Shown: positions 9,504 to 20,297, counted from the stretch's first letter. The stretch: 48,037 nucleotides of DNA from Gemmatimonadota bacterium (GCA_040905425.1 JBBDRO010000100.1:184402-232438); one strand, 5' to 3'. Program-made: numbers and translations. Notes: generated by a model from the letters alone, not told the origin.

Positions 9504-9925
9504 GGGGCCTCCCGCGGCGGAGCGTTCAGCACCATCGTGATGGCGTTGCCCGCCTCATTGAACTCCACCTGGTCCATGAGCTTGTTGATGAGGAAGATGC
9601 CCCGGCCGCCCACACGGGCACGGTGCGCCGGCAGCGTGGGATCATCCAGGTGCTCCGGATCGAAACCGCGCCCCTCGTCGCGCACCCGCACACAGATCCG
9701 ATCGGCCGTCACGGAAGCGTCCACGCGGACGTTTTTGTTCTCGTCACCCCGATTGCCGTAGAGCATGGCGTTGGCCAGCGCCTCGGTGACCCCCACGCGG
9801 AAATTCAGGCGCAGCAGCCCCTCGTCAAACCCTGCTTCACGCGCGCGGGAGGCAAGAAACTCCACGGCCTGCTCGATGGCACGCAGGTCATTCGGCAGCT
9901 CGAGGACGAAGTCCACCGGCTTCAC
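9500..9925 (-). CDS. Anti-sigma factor / Ser kinase (RsbW-like)
   Basis: EALANAMLYG, DEGRGFD and GGRGIFLI HATPase_c_2-type motifs. Confidence 0.9.
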   Translation of the reverse strand: MKPVDFVLELPNDLRAIEQAVEFLASRAREAGFDEGLLRLNFRVGVTEALANAMLYGNRGDENKNVRVDASVTADRICVRVRDEGRGFDPEHLDDPTLPAHRARVGGRGIFLINKLMDQVEFNEAGNAITMVLNAPPREAP

Positions 9926-9998
9926 GTGCGGCCAGGATGCCGTGCCGCCACGCGGGCGGACGGATGCCGGCCCCGCGACCGGCGGCTACGGCGCCCCG

Positions 9999-10331
9999 TC
10001 AGAACGAGGTCAACGCCTCGTCGCGGCTGTTCGCGATGTGGAAGAGCGTATCCAGCTTCGTGAGTTCGAAGAGCGTGCGAAGATCGTCGTTCAGGTTGGC
10101 CAGCCGTAGCTCGCCGCCCTGCTCGCGAATCTTCTTGGACAGGCTCACGAGGACCCCCAATCCGGAGGAGTCGATGTAGCCGGTGTCGGCAAAGTCGATG
10201 AGGAACTTGCGCGCGCCGCCCTCGAGCTCCTCCAGGACCTTCTGCTTCAGTTCCTGGCGATTTCCCACGATGAGCTGGCCTTCCACATCGATCACCGTCA
10301 CGTCATCCTGCTTCTTAACGTCGAAGCTCAT
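9999..10331 (-). CDS. STAS-domain anti-sigma factor antagonist (RsbV-like)
   Basis: YIDSSGLGVL phosphorylation motif and LFELTKLD. Confidence 0.92.
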   Translation of the reverse strand: MSFDVKKQDDVTVIDVEGQLIVGNRQELKQKVLEELEGGARKFLIDFADTGYIDSSGLGVLVSLSKKIREQGGELRLANLNDDLRTLFELTKLDTLFHIANSRDEALTSF

Positions 10332-10439
10332 CACTCCCCCATTGGGTCAAAATTGTGGTTCTGCCCGGTAAGCCGGGAGCGCTCGAAAGCAAGATCGGTG
10401 CCGTCACCGTTGCCGCCGTGACAACGCCACCGGACAGCC

Positions 10440-11438
10440 CTATGCGGCCTGCAGAGCGGTAATGCAGGCCACGTGCACGATGTCCTCCACGCTGGCCCCG
10501 CGGGACAGGTCGTTGCACGGCCTGGCAAGGCCCTGCGTGACCGGTCCGATGGCCTCGGCGCCGCCCAGCCGCTGCACCAGTTTGTAGCCGATATTGCCCG
10601 CGTCCAGATTGGGGAACACCAGAATGTTGGCGTGGCCCTCCAACGCGGAGCCGGGCGCCTTGCGCGCCGCGATTTCCGGGAGCAGGGCGGCGTCCACCTG
10701 CAGCTCGCCGTCGGCCGGGACCTCGGGATGCTCCGCGCGAAACAGCGCCACCGCCTCCTGCACCCGGGCCACGGCCGGACCCGCCGCGCTCCCCTTCGTG
10801 GAAAAGGACAGGAACGCCACGCGTGGCTCGTCCTCCACGATGCGGCGCCGGGCAGTGCAGGCGGCCCAGGCAATGTCCGCCAGCTGGCGCACCGTAGGCT
10901 CGGGCAGGACACTGCCGTCCGTGAAGGTGAGCACCTCCGGCGCCGGCCCGCCCCGGAACGGCCGCACGACCATGTAGAAGGCCGAGGACACGGACTGGAT
11001 GCCGGGCGCGGTCCCCACGCACCAGATGGCGGCGCGGATGACGTCCCCCGTGGTCCGCCCGGCGCCCGCCACCGAACCGTCCACCAGCCCCTCACGCGCT
11101 AGCATGGCGCCGAAGAAGAGCGGGTCGTCCAGCAACTCCAGCGCGCCCGTAACGCTCATGCCGCGATGTGCCCGGAGCTCCGCGAGCGTGGCCGCGAACG
11201 CCTCCCGGCGGGGGTGGCTGCGCGGATCCAGCACCTCCACGCCGGCCGGATCGGCCCCGTGGCCGGCCATGGCCTCACCGACGCGAGCCGGGTCACCCAG
11301 CACCACGGGGCGGACCAGCCCCGCGATCTGGAGTTGCGCCACCGCTTCCAGCGTGCGCGGCTCATCACCTTCGGGGAAGACGATGCGCCGCCCCGCGGCA
11401 CCGGCCCGGACCCGCAACGACTCCTTGAACGCGCTCAT
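10440..11438 (-). CDS. pta: Phosphate acetyltransferase
   Basis: [24 protein letters not shown] and [12 protein letters not shown] motifs. Start at MSAFK. Confidence 0.93.
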   Translation of the reverse strand: MSAFKESLRVRAGAAGRRIVFPEGDEPRTLEAVAQLQIAGLVRPVVLGDPARVGEAMAGHGADPAGVEVLDPRSHPRREAFAATLAELRAHRGMSVTGALELLDDPLFFGAMLAREGLVDGSVAGAGRTTGDVIRAAIWCVGTAPGIQSVSSAFYMVVRPFRGGPAPEVLTFTDGSVLPEPTVRQLADIAWAACTARRRIVEDEPRVAFLSFSTKGSAAGPAVARVQEAVALFRAEHPEVPADGELQVDAALLPEIAARKAPGSALEGHANILVFPNLDAGNIGYKLVQRLGGAEAIGPVTQGLARPCNDLSRGASVEDIVHVACITALQAA

Positions 11439-11495
11439 CGGCCCTCCTCCGCCGCTCCCGCGGCACCCATTCACCAACCACCCACATCCCCCTGC

Positions 11496-12005
11496 TCACT
11501 CGGGGGCCGCTCCTGCCAGATGGGGATAGCGCTCACCCAGCGCCCGCAGCACGGGCGCGGACACGCAGCCACGCACATTGCCGCCCAGCGCCGCGATCTC
11601 CCGCACCAGCGAAGCCGACAGGTAGGAGTAGCGCGCATCGGGCGCCAGGAAAATGGTCTCCAGTTGCCGCCACAGCTGCCGGTTCATCAGCGCCATCTGG
11701 AACTCGTACTCGAAATCGGACACCGCTCTGAGGCCTCGCACGACCAGGTGCGTGCCCAGTTGCCGGGCAAAATCCACCAGCAGGCCGTCGAATTCGGCCA
11801 CCTTCACCCGCGGCTCGTCCGCGAATACCTCCTCGATGATGGCAACCCGCTCCGGTATGGAAAAGAGTCCCGCCTTGGCCTGTGTGCGCCGATGCGCCAC
11901 GGCCACCACGACCTCGTCCACGAACGTAAGCGCCCGGGTCACCAGGTCCTCGTGACCGCGCGTGATGGGATCGAACGATCCCGGGTAGATGGCCATGCGC
12001 TTCAC
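11496..12005 (-). CDS. coaD: Pantetheine-phosphate adenylyltransferase
   Basis: YPGSFDPITRGH and VRGLRAVSDFEYE motifs. Confidence 0.97.
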   Translation of the reverse strand: MKRMAIYPGSFDPITRGHEDLVTRALTFVDEVVVAVAHRRTQAKAGLFSIPERVAIIEEVFADEPRVKVAEFDGLLVDFARQLGTHLVVRGLRAVSDFEYEFQMALMNRQLWRQLETIFLAPDARYSYLSASLVREIAALGGNVRGCVSAPVLRALGERYPHLAGAAPE

Positions 12006-12541
12006 GATTCGCTCCCCTGCAGTGCGGGTATGGAGGTGAGACCCGTGTCACCGTAGCGTCTGGTGCGGCTTCCGGGAAGGGGTGGCAGCGTTTCGTGGGC
12101 GCCATGCTCCACCCAGAGCCAGCGGGCAAAGGGCACGGCGGCGAAGCGCTCCACGAGGATGGCGGCCAGTCCCTGGGCATACGGCGGATCCGCCAGGGCC
12201 AGATCGAACGCGCCGGGCGGAAGCTGCCGGATCCAGGCGACGGCGTCCGCGCGTACCACCTGGCACGCCTCACCCGCCTCGAGGGTCTCCACGTTCTGCT
12301 CCAGCGCCCGCAGCGCCGCGCGCGCCCGCTCCACGAACGTGACCCGCTCAGCCCCGCGCGAGAGCGCCTCCAGTCCGAGCGCGCCCGAGCCGGCGAAGAG
12401 GTCCAGCACCGTGGCGCCCGTGATCTCGGGCTGCAGCGCGCTCATCCACGCCTCCCGCACGCGGTCGGCGGTGGGGCGGGTGCTGCGCCCCGGGGGCGCG
12501 GCCAGCCGCCGGCCGCCCCAGCGGCCCGCGATGATCCTCAC
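12002..12541 (-). CDS. rsmD: 16S rRNA m2G966 methyltransferase
   Basis: RIIAG, RPTADRVRE, LDLFAGSGALGLEALSRGA and DPPY motifs. GTG start overlaps the recJ stop (GTGA). Confidence 0.93.
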   Translation of the reverse strand: MRIIAGRWGGRRLAAPPGRSTRPTADRVREAWMSALQPEITGATVLDLFAGSGALGLEALSRGAERVTFVERARAALRALEQNVETLEAGEACQVVRADAVAWIRQLPPGAFDLALADPPYAQGLAAILVERFAAVPFARWLWVEHGAHETLPPLPGSRTRRYGDTGLTSIPALQGSES

Positions 12542-14295
12542 CGGGCCGCGCGGAAGTCCACCAGCTTGGCCTGCAGACGGACGGTGCCCCGCCAGTGATT
12601 CTCCTGGAGCTGGTACGCCACGTCGATGGGCCCGCGACTGACGTCCACCTCCTCCAGGCGGGCGGCCATGCGGAAGCCGATGGCCTCCAGGCGGTTGCCG
12701 TCCTGTTCCAGGCGCAGGCGCACGTGTCCGTCTCCCACGACTTTCGGATAGCCCTCCACACGAACGGCGCGCGCCACGAACACGGGTGTGGGATTGCCCA
12801 GGCCGAAAGGGCCCAGGTGCTGCAGGACGGCCAGGAACGCGGCGCTGGCCTGGCTCAGGGGCAGTTCGCCGTCCACCGGCACGCGCGCCACGAGATCCTC
12901 CGGCATCAGCGCGGCGCGCGCGGCGTCGTTGAAGGCCGCACGCAGCTGGCCGATACGCTCGGCCGGCACCTCGAGACCCGCCGCCTGGTGGTGGCCGCCG
13001 AAGCGGGTGAGCAGCGGCGCGCAGGCACGGATACCCGCCAGCAGATCGAAGGCCGGAATGGAGCGTCCGCTGCCCCGTGCCTGCCCGCTCTCGCGGTCGA
13101 TGGACAGCAGCACCGTGGGCCGATGGATGCGCTCCACCACCCGGGACGCCACGATGCCGATGACGCCGGGGTGCCACCCCTCGGCGGCCAGCACCACCCC
13201 GTAGTCGCGCGCGGGGTCGAACGTCCGTTCCAGCCCCTCCAGCGCCTCGGTCAGCGTGTCCCGATCCACCCGCTGCCGCGCGCGGTTCTCCTCCTCGATT
13301 TCCGACGCCAGCGCACCGGCTTCCACGGCGTCCTCGGTGAGGAGGAGGCGCACGCCGCGCTCGGCCGCTCCCATGCGACCCGCGGCGTTCAGCCGTGGGC
13401 CCAGCCCGTGACTCACGCTCCCCGCCGAGAGCGGCACCGAGCGGTCCATGCCCGCGGAGTCCAGCAGCGCGCCGAGCCCGGTGTTGCGGCTCTCCCGCAA
13501 TACGCGCAGGCCGAAGTACGCCAGCACGCGGTTCTCGCCGGTGAGCGGTGCCAGGTCGGCGATGGTGGCCAGCGCCACGAGGTCCAGGTTCCAGCGCAGC
13601 GCGTCCTCGTGGCCACCGAGCACCGCCACCAGCGCCTGGCAGAGCTTGTAGGCCACGCCGGCACCCGCCAGCCCCTTGAACGGATAGCTACAATCCCCGC
13701 GGTTGGGGTTCAGTACGGCCGCCGCCGCGGGTAGCTCCGCCCCCGGCGCGTGATGATCCGTAATCACCACGTCCATCCCCGCGGCCGCGGCCGCGTGTAC
13801 GGCCTCGCCCGCCACGATGCCGCAGTCGGCGGTGATGATGAGCCCCGCGCCGGCCGCCGCGGCGGCGTGCACCCCGGCCTCACTCAGGTCGTAGCCGTCG
13901 TGCAGGCGGTGCGGAACGAAGGGGTGGACCGTGCCGCCCAGCGCCCGCAGCACACGCGTGAGGAGGGCCACCGAGCAGATGCCGTCCACGTCATAATCGC
14001 CGTGCACGAAGATGGTCTCACCATCCTGGACCGCGCGGGCCACGCGTGCCACGGCCGCATCCATGCCGGCCAGCGCGTAGGGGTCGTGGAGGTGCTCCAG
14101 GGAGGGTCGTAGGAAGGCGGCCGCGGCCGCGGGTGTGGAGAGACCGCGGGTACAGAGAAGCTGACAGATGGGTAGGTCCAGGTGCAGCGCGGTGTGCAGT
14201 GCCGCCGCCTCCCCGGCGGGGGCATCGGCGTGGCGCGCTTCCCAGCGGCGGGCAGCGGTGCCGAAGCGGGCCGCGGAAGCCGCCTGCGAGCTCAC
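12538..14295 (-). CDS. recJ: ssDNA-specific exonuclease RecJ
   Basis: GDYDVDG, TDHH, PRLNAAGR, HPGVIGIVA and GGHHQAAG motifs. Confidence 0.96.
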   Translation of the reverse strand: MSSQAASAARFGTAARRWEARHADAPAGEAAALHTALHLDLPICQLLCTRGLSTPAAAAAFLRPSLEHLHDPYALAGMDAAVARVARAVQDGETIFVHGDYDVDGICSVALLTRVLRALGGTVHPFVPHRLHDGYDLSEAGVHAAAAAGAGLIITADCGIVAGEAVHAAAAAGMDVVITDHHAPGAELPAAAAVLNPNRGDCSYPFKGLAGAGVAYKLCQALVAVLGGHEDALRWNLDLVALATIADLAPLTGENRVLAYFGLRVLRESRNTGLGALLDSAGMDRSVPLSAGSVSHGLGPRLNAAGRMGAAERGVRLLLTEDAVEAGALASEIEEENRARQRVDRDTLTEALEGLERTFDPARDYGVVLAAEGWHPGVIGIVASRVVERIHRPTVLLSIDRESGQARGSGRSIPAFDLLAGIRACAPLLTRFGGHHQAAGLEVPAERIGQLRAAFNDAARAALMPEDLVARVPVDGELPLSQASAAFLAVLQHLGPFGLGNPTPVFVARAVRVEGYPKVVGDGHVRLRLEQDGNRLEAIGFRMAARLEEVDVSRGPIDVAYQLQENHWRGTVRLQAKLVDFRAAR

Positions 14296-14332
14296 GACTG
14301 GCGGCGTGATCCGCGCGCGCGACCGGCCGCCC

Positions 14333-15046
14333 TCATTCGGGGGCGTAGAGGATGACGCCGCACGCCTCGCACCGCTGCAGGCTACCGCCGTTGCGGATCT
14401 GCGACTGCTCCTGCACCGGCAGGATGTTGAAGCAGTGGCCGCACGCCCCCTCTTCCGTGAGCGGTGCCAGCACCATGGTGGCGCGGCCGCCGCGCACCCG
14501 CTCGTAGAGGCGCAGGGCCCGCTGCTCGATGCGTCCCGCCAGGTTGGCGCGCCGATCCCGCAGGATGGTGATGGCGTCGGCCACCTCCTGGCGCTCCCCT
14601 TCGATCTCCTGACGCGTAGGCTCCAGCGCGGCGCGCTGGGTCTCCAGGCGCTTCAGCATGTCATCCAGCTTGAGATCGGTGCGCGTGGCCTGCTCCATGG
14701 CCTGCAGCGCCTCCTGCTCGTCGGCTTCCACCGCGCGACCGATCAGGTCCATCTCGACTCGGGTGGCTTCCTGCTCACGCTGGTTGCGTACCCGCTGCAG
14801 ACGTTCCTCGTAGGAACGCAAGCGGGTCCGTTTGTCATCGGACGCCTTTTCCAGGCGCCGCGCATCCGCCTGCAGGGTGCCCAGCCTGGCACTCGCGTCC
14901 TCCACCTCCCGCTCGAGCGCGCTCACCGGCTCGCCGAGCGTCTGGAGGCGAGGCTCGAATTCGGCCAGGCGAACCTCCGCGGCCTCGATCTCCTGATCGA
15001 GTTGCTGCAGTTCCAACAACTTCGCCTGCAGATCGTCCATCGTCAT
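14333..15046 (-). CDS. Coiled-coil protein with C4-type zinc ribbon (DUF164/CT398-like)
   Basis: Long heptad coiled coil followed by CGHC...CEAC. Confidence 0.85.
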   Translation of the reverse strand: MTMDDLQAKLLELQQLDQEIEAAEVRLAEFEPRLQTLGEPVSALEREVEDASARLGTLQADARRLEKASDDKRTRLRSYEERLQRVRNQREQEATRVEMDLIGRAVEADEQEALQAMEQATRTDLKLDDMLKRLETQRAALEPTRQEIEGERQEVADAITILRDRRANLAGRIEQRALRLYERVRGGRATMVLAPLTEEGACGHCFNILPVQEQSQIRNGGSLQRCEACGVILYAPE

Positions 15047-16929
15047 TCCGGGGTTTCGGGTGGTGGCCGCGTGCGCGCGTCCCGCCTTGTTTTCAAACCG
15101 ATTCTGGCCGTACCGGCAAGCGCCCGGCGCTCCGCCAGGAGCGCGTTGTGACGCAGCCGTAGCGCGGCCATTTCCGTGGCGTCGGCCGTGGCGCCGATGC
15201 GTTCCGCCACGCTTCTGACCTCGCGGTTCAGCCGACTGAGTTTAATAGTACCGACCGTGTCGGCAAGCACGCGCTCCGGCGGGCCCAGGTCCGCGGGGTT
15301 GGTAGCGAGGGCCTCGAGGCGTTCCGCGGCAGCGGGTCCCAGGGGGGCGGCGGCCAGGGCGGAGCGGATGGCTTCCAGCGGATCATCCGCCAGGTGACTG
15401 CTCGTCACGGACTGCCAGGCGGCCGCCAGCGCCGAGAACACCTCGGCGTTCAACGGGTCGGCGAAATCGCCGGCGCCCACCTCTGCCAGGACCGGGCCCG
15501 TACGCATGGGATCCTGGAGGAGCACCATGAGCAGCATGCGCTCCGCGGGGTGGGTGGGCATGGCCATGGCCGGCGTCCGCGGCCGCGGCTCGTGCGGGTG
15601 CGGACGCGCTCGGCCGCTCCCTGGCGTGGGGGCGGACGGCGTCCGCGCGCGGGCGGCGGCCTCCGCGCGCACCGTTTCCGGCTGCAGGTCCAGGCGCTTG
15701 GCCGTCTGCGCAATGTAGATGTCCTGCAACACGGGGTCGGAGACGGCGCGTACCGTGGGCAACAGCTTGTCCAGCGCGCGCCGGCGCCCCTCGGAGTCAT
15801 CCAGGAAACCGTGCTCCTCCAGCATGGCGATCTTGCGCTCCAGCACGGGCAACGCCGCGTCCAGGTGCGGCCGCAACGCCTCGGCGCCGCCCTCCCGCAC
15901 CAGCGAGTCCGGATCCTCGCCCACCGGCAGTGTGACCACCAGCGGGTGCACACCGGCGCGCAGCAGGGCGTCCGCGCTCTTGAAGGTGGCGCGCAGCCCC
16001 GCGGCGTCACTGTCGTAGAGCAGGTACGCCTTGCCGGTGTAGCGGCCCACCAGGTCCGCCTGCTCCTCCGTCATGGCCGTGCCGAGTCCCGCCACCACGT
16101 GCTCCACACCGCGGCCCGCCAGCGCAATGTAGTCCATATAGCCCTCCACCACGAGCGCCGCGCCCTCGCGCCGGATGGCATGCCTGGACCAGGACAGCCC
16201 GTAGAGCATCCGCCCCTTGTGGAAGATCTCACACTCGGGGGAATTCAGGTACTTGGGGGCCTTGGGGTCCGCCTTCAGGATGCGCCCGCCGAACGCCACG
16301 GTGCGCCCGCCCACGTCCGCCACCGGGAACATGAGCCGGGCGCGGAAGCGGTCGTAGGGGTCCCCGCCCCGCTCGCTCTCCTTGATGAGCCCCGCCGCCA
16401 GCAGCACCGGGTCCTCCATACCGTGACGGTGCGCCGCCGCGCGCAGGCCCTGGAAATCGTCGGCCGCCCAGCCCAGCTCGAAGCGCTCGGCCATCTCCCG
16501 CGAGATGCCGCGCCGCTCGAGGTAGCCGCGCGCCTCCTCCGCGCCGGCATCCTCCCACAACGCACGACGGTAGAGGTCCGCCGCGAAGGCCACGGCTTCG
16601 AAGAGCGGTTTCCGGGGGTCGTCGCCTTCCTGCTCACGCTCCTCGGGGACCTCCACGCCCACCCGCCCCGCCAGCGCGCGGACGGCGTCGGTGAAGGTGA
16701 GCCCGCCCTTCTTCATGAGGAAGGTGAAGACGTCCCCTGATTCGCCGCACCCGAAGCACTTGTAGAAGCCCTTCTGCGGCACCACGTAGAAGGACGGCGT
16801 CTTCTCCTGGTGGAACGGGCAGAGCCCCTTGAACTCCTTGCCGGAGCGCTTGAGGGACACCTGCTCGCCGACCACCTCCACCAGGTCGGCGCGGATGCGC
16901 ACCTCCTCCACCACGTTGTCCGGGATCAC
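15043..16929 (-). CDS. dnaG: DNA primase
   Basis: CPFHQEKTPSF...CFGC zinc finger, KYLNSPE, EGYMD and YDSDAAG motifs. Confidence 0.97.
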   Translation of the reverse strand: MIPDNVVEEVRIRADLVEVVGEQVSLKRSGKEFKGLCPFHQEKTPSFYVVPQKGFYKCFGCGESGDVFTFLMKKGGLTFTDAVRALAGRVGVEVPEEREQEGDDPRKPLFEAVAFAADLYRRALWEDAGAEEARGYLERRGISREMAERFELGWAADDFQGLRAAAHRHGMEDPVLLAAGLIKESERGGDPYDRFRARLMFPVADVGGRTVAFGGRILKADPKAPKYLNSPECEIFHKGRMLYGLSWSRHAIRREGAALVVEGYMDYIALAGRGVEHVVAGLGTAMTEEQADLVGRYTGKAYLLYDSDAAGLRATFKSADALLRAGVHPLVVTLPVGEDPDSLVREGGAEALRPHLDAALPVLERKIAMLEEHGFLDDSEGRRRALDKLLPTVRAVSDPVLQDIYIAQTAKRLDLQPETVRAEAAARARTPSAPTPGSGRARPHPHEPRPRTPAMAMPTHPAERMLLMVLLQDPMRTGPVLAEVGAGDFADPLNAEVFSALAAAWQSVTSSHLADDPLEAIRSALAAAPLGPAAAERLEALATNPADLGPPERVLADTVGTIKLSRLNREVRSVAERIGATADATEMAALRLRHNALLAERRALAGTARIGLKTRRDARTRPPPETPE

Positions 16930-19298
16930 AGTTCCACCACCGTCACACCGGCGCCGCCCTCACCGACCCCGCCCGGGCGCCAGGAGGTGATGCGCGCGTC
17001 GGCTTCCAGGAGCTCCGTGACCACCTCGCGGAGCGCGCCCGTGCCCTTGCCGTGGATGATGCGCAGGGAGGGCAGCGCCGCCTGGATGGCCGCGTCCAGC
17101 GCCGGATAGAGGCGACCGTCCACCTCCTCGGCGCGCAGGCCCCGCAGGTCCACCTGGCTGGCGGCCTCCACGTCGGGGCCGCTCCATCCGCCCCGTGTTG
17201 TAAGCGACGTCCCCTTCTCACGCACCGGCTCTCCGTCCAGCGGCGCCAGCCCCGCGCGCGCCACCTGCATGCGCACGCCCCGGGTCTCCACCAGCACCTT
17301 GCCGTCCCGCACCTCCACCACCGTGCCGGGCGCACCCGTGGCCTCCACCCGGACACGGTCCCCCGGGCGGATGTCCTCGAAGGGGGCGGCAGCGGGGCTC
17401 CGCGCCGGCTCCGGCGTGCGTTCCGCCTGCGCGCGGGCGCCCTCCTCGACGCGCGCCCGGGCGGCCCGGAAGGCGTCTTCCAGAGCCGCGCCGCCGATAC
17501 GCCCGGCGCTCTCCTTCAGCTCCTGGATGGTGGCCTCCACCTCCCCGCGCGCCTGGAGCAGGAGGTCCCTGGCCTGCTGCCGGGCGCGCCGCTCCGCGTC
17601 CTGTTCGCGGCGGCGCACCTCCGCGGCACGGGATTCCAGTGCGGCGCGTAGCCCCTCCGCCTCCCCGCGCGCCGCGCGGGCTTCGTCCAGCGCCTCGGCC
17701 AGCGCGCGCTCCTTGCCTTCCAGCTCGGCCAGCAGGTGCCCCACGTCCCGCTCCTCGCGCGGGAGGCTGCGCTCCGCCTCCTCCAGCACACCAGGCGGCA
17801 GGCCCAGGCGCCGAGCAATGGCCAGGCCGTAGCTCCGCCCCGGGACGCCCTTGAGCAGGCGGAATGTGGGCTGCAGTTCGACCGCGTCGAACTGCAGCGA
17901 GGCGTTGACCACGCCGGGGACCTGACCCGCCAGGAGCTTCAGCTCCCCCAGGTGGGAGGTGGCCACGGTGAGCGCGCCGCGCCCGTTCAGCTCCACCAGG
18001 ACGGCGCGGGCCAGGGCGGCGCCCTCGGTGGGATCCGTGCCGCTGCCCACCTCGTCGATCAGGATCAGCGAGCGGGCGTCCGCCTCCTCCAGGAGCACGC
18101 GCAGGTTGGCCAGGTGCGCGGAGAAGGTGGACAGGCTGGCCTCGATGGACTGCTCGTCCCCGATGTCCGCGAAGACGTTGCTGAAGAGCGGCAGGCGGGA
18201 GCCCGGGCCCACGGGCGGAATCACACCCGCCTGCGCGAGCATGGCGAGCAGCCCGATGGACTTCAGCAGCACGGTCTTGCCGCCCGTGTTGGGGCCGGAG
18301 ACGACCATGGTGCGCTCGTCCGCCTCCAGCGTCAGGTCGAAGGGCACCACCGGCGCGTCGCCCGCCAGCAGGAGGGGATGGCGGCCGGCCACCACGTGGA
18401 GGAGCCCGTCCGCCTCGACCACGGGCAGGTGGCCGTGCACGGCGTCCGCGTAGCGCGCGCGCGCCACGAGGGCGTCCAGCTCCACCAGCGCCGCCAGGTC
18501 CTCCGCCAGCAGCTCCCGGTGCGGGCGCAGCGCGCTCGTGAGCTCGCGCAGGATGCGGAGCACCTCGCGCGCCTCTTCCAGCTCCATCTCCCGCAGCCGG
18601 TTCATCAGCTCGAGCGCCACGGGCGGCTCCACGAAGAGGGTGCCGCCGGTGGCCGACTCGTCGTGCACGAGCCCGCCCACGTCCCCGCGCGCCTCACGCC
18701 GCACGGGGATGACGAAGCGGCCTTCCCGCACCGTCACCGACGCGTCCTGCACGCGTGCTCGATCCGGGAGGGTGGCCATGAACTTCTCGAGCTGGGCCAC
18801 GATGCGGCCGCGCGCGCCACGCATCTCGCGCCGCAGGCGGCCCAGCTCGCGCGAGGCGTCGTCGCGCACCTCACCGGCATCATCCACGGCGCGGCGGATG
18901 CGCTCGGCCTCCGCATCCAGGGGGCGCAGGCGCTCGGCGAGCGGGGTCAGGTGGGGAAAGCGCTCCGCGCCGCCGGCCAGCGCGTCGCGCGCCAGGCGCA
19001 CGGAGCGGAGCAGGAGGGCGGCGTCACGCAGCGCGGGCGCCTCCCACACCGAGCCCGCCACCGCCAGCAGCTTCAGGGCGGCGCGCACATCCGGGATGGC
19101 GGGAACGCCGAAGCCATCGGGGCGGTGCAGCAGGGTGAGCGTCTCCTCCACCCGGGCCAGCTCCTCCCGAATCCAGCCCTGCCCGTCCGCGGGCGCCAGG
19201 GCGCGCACCGCGGCGGCGCCCAGGGGCGTGGCGGCGTGGCGGGCCACCACGTCCAGGGCAGCCTCGAACTGCAGGACGTCCAGCGCGTGGCGATTCAT
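16926..19298 (-). CDS. mutS2: MutS2 family ATPase/endonuclease
   Basis: SGPNTGGKT, DIGDEQSI, DEVGSGTDP, C-terminal Smr domain (IIHGKGTGALR). Start at MNRHAL. Confidence 0.95.
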   Translation of the reverse strand: MNRHALDVLQFEAALDVVARHAATPLGAAAVRALAPADGQGWIREELARVEETLTLLHRPDGFGVPAIPDVRAALKLLAVAGSVWEAPALRDAALLLRSVRLARDALAGGAERFPHLTPLAERLRPLDAEAERIRRAVDDAGEVRDDASRELGRLRREMRGARGRIVAQLEKFMATLPDRARVQDASVTVREGRFVIPVRREARGDVGGLVHDESATGGTLFVEPPVALELMNRLREMELEEAREVLRILRELTSALRPHRELLAEDLAALVELDALVARARYADAVHGHLPVVEADGLLHVVAGRHPLLLAGDAPVVPFDLTLEADERTMVVSGPNTGGKTVLLKSIGLLAMLAQAGVIPPVGPGSRLPLFSNVFADIGDEQSIEASLSTFSAHLANLRVLLEEADARSLILIDEVGSGTDPTEGAALARAVLVELNGRGALTVATSHLGELKLLAGQVPGVVNASLQFDAVELQPTFRLLKGVPGRSYGLAIARRLGLPPGVLEEAERSLPREERDVGHLLAELEGKERALAEALDEARAARGEAEGLRAALESRAAEVRRREQDAERRARQQARDLLLQARGEVEATIQELKESAGRIGGAALEDAFRAARARVEEGARAQAERTPEPARSPAAAPFEDIRPGDRVRVEATGAPGTVVEVRDGKVLVETRGVRMQVARAGLAPLDGEPVREKGTSLTTRGGWSGPDVEAASQVDLRGLRAEEVDGRLYPALDAAIQAALPSLRIIHGKGTGALREVVTELLEADARITSWRPGGVGEGGAGVTVVEL

Positions 19299-19317
19299 GC
19301 GGTGTACCCGTGTGCGC

Positions 19318-19755
19318 TCAGCCGAGCTCCTCACGCACAATCCGGTTGGCTTCCCGGCCGTCGAAACGGCCCTTGATGGCGGGCATCAAAGCGCCCATCA
19401 CGGCGCCCACGCTGGCGGCGCCGCCGGCCATCGCGTCCCGCACCAGCGCGCGCACCTCGTCCTGGCTCAGGGGCGGGGGCAAGTAGCCGCTCAGGATCTC
19501 GGCTTCCCGCTCCTCTCCCTCCGCCAGTTCGGCGCGCCCGCCGCTCCGCATCTGCTCCGCGGCCTCGTGGCGGCGCTTCACGGCGCTGCTCACGACGGCC
19601 ACCACGTCCTCGTCGGCCGCCTCCCGCCCCAGCTCGATCTCGTGGTTGCGCAACTCGGCGAGCGTGCTGGACAGAACAGTGGTGCGCAGCTTCTCACGTG
19701 CCTTGCGGGCGGTGTTCAGATCCTCCCTGAGGCGCGTCTTCAACGTAGTGGCCAT
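19318..19755 (-). CDS. GatB/YqeY domain protein
   Basis: KRRHEAAEQ, YLPPPLS, GAVMG and GRFDG, the YqeY pattern. Start at MATTL. Confidence 0.9.
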   Translation of the reverse strand: MATTLKTRLREDLNTARKAREKLRTTVLSSTLAELRNHEIELGREAADEDVVAVVSSAVKRRHEAAEQMRSGGRAELAEGEEREAEILSGYLPPPLSQDEVRALVRDAMAGGAASVGAVMGALMPAIKGRFDGREANRIVREELG

Positions 19756-19807
19756 GGCCTCCTCGAGCGCTTCCGCCGCCGCACCGGTGCGCGGCACGGA
19801 GACGGGC

Positions 19808-20158
19808 TCATCCCGGCGGCCACGCCAGCGCGCGGCCGGCCAGGAGATGCAGGTGAATGTGATCCACGGACTGCCCCGCCCCGGCACCGTTGTTCATGAC
19901 CAGCCGGTAGCCCGCGTCCGCCACGCCCTCGGCGCGCGCCACCGCCCGGGCGCCCAGGAAGAGCCGCCCGACCAGCGCGGCGTCCGCCTCCTCCAGCGCG
20001 TTCACTGCGGGGATGTGGCGACGCGGTATGACAAGAACGTGCGTGGGGGCGCGCGGGTCAATGTCTCGAAAGGCCAACGCTTCCTCATCCTCCCACACCA
20101 CCTCGGCGGGAATCTCCCCCGCCACGATCTTACAGAAGATGCAGCCGTCCGTGCTCAC
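19808..20158 (-). CDS. Histidine triad nucleotide-binding protein (HIT/HinT)
   Basis: CIFCKI, HIHLHLL and terminal WPPG. Confidence 0.95.
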   Translation of the reverse strand: MSTDGCIFCKIVAGEIPAEVVWEDEEALAFRDIDPRAPTHVLVIPRRHIPAVNALEEADAALVGRLFLGARAVARAEGVADAGYRLVMNNGAGAGQSVDHIHLHLLAGRALAWPPG

Positions 20159-20297
20159 CGAACCTCCAGGCCTGAGCCTTCGCCGAGTCCCACTGCGCGG
20201 TGCGTGCCGGGCCTACGCGGCCATCATGGCCCCTCGGGCTATCGCGCCGCCCCACGTCCGCCTCCAATCTAGTACTCCACCCACGCGGAGGCGACGC

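Noticed and set aside
12542..13177. Long N-terminal extensions in the ORF track (rsmD, rsmA, hemW, obgE, Gfo, ylbF-like, MBL)
   Set aside because: They are artefacts of taking the first start codon. They overlap upstream genes, and conserved N-termini begin later.
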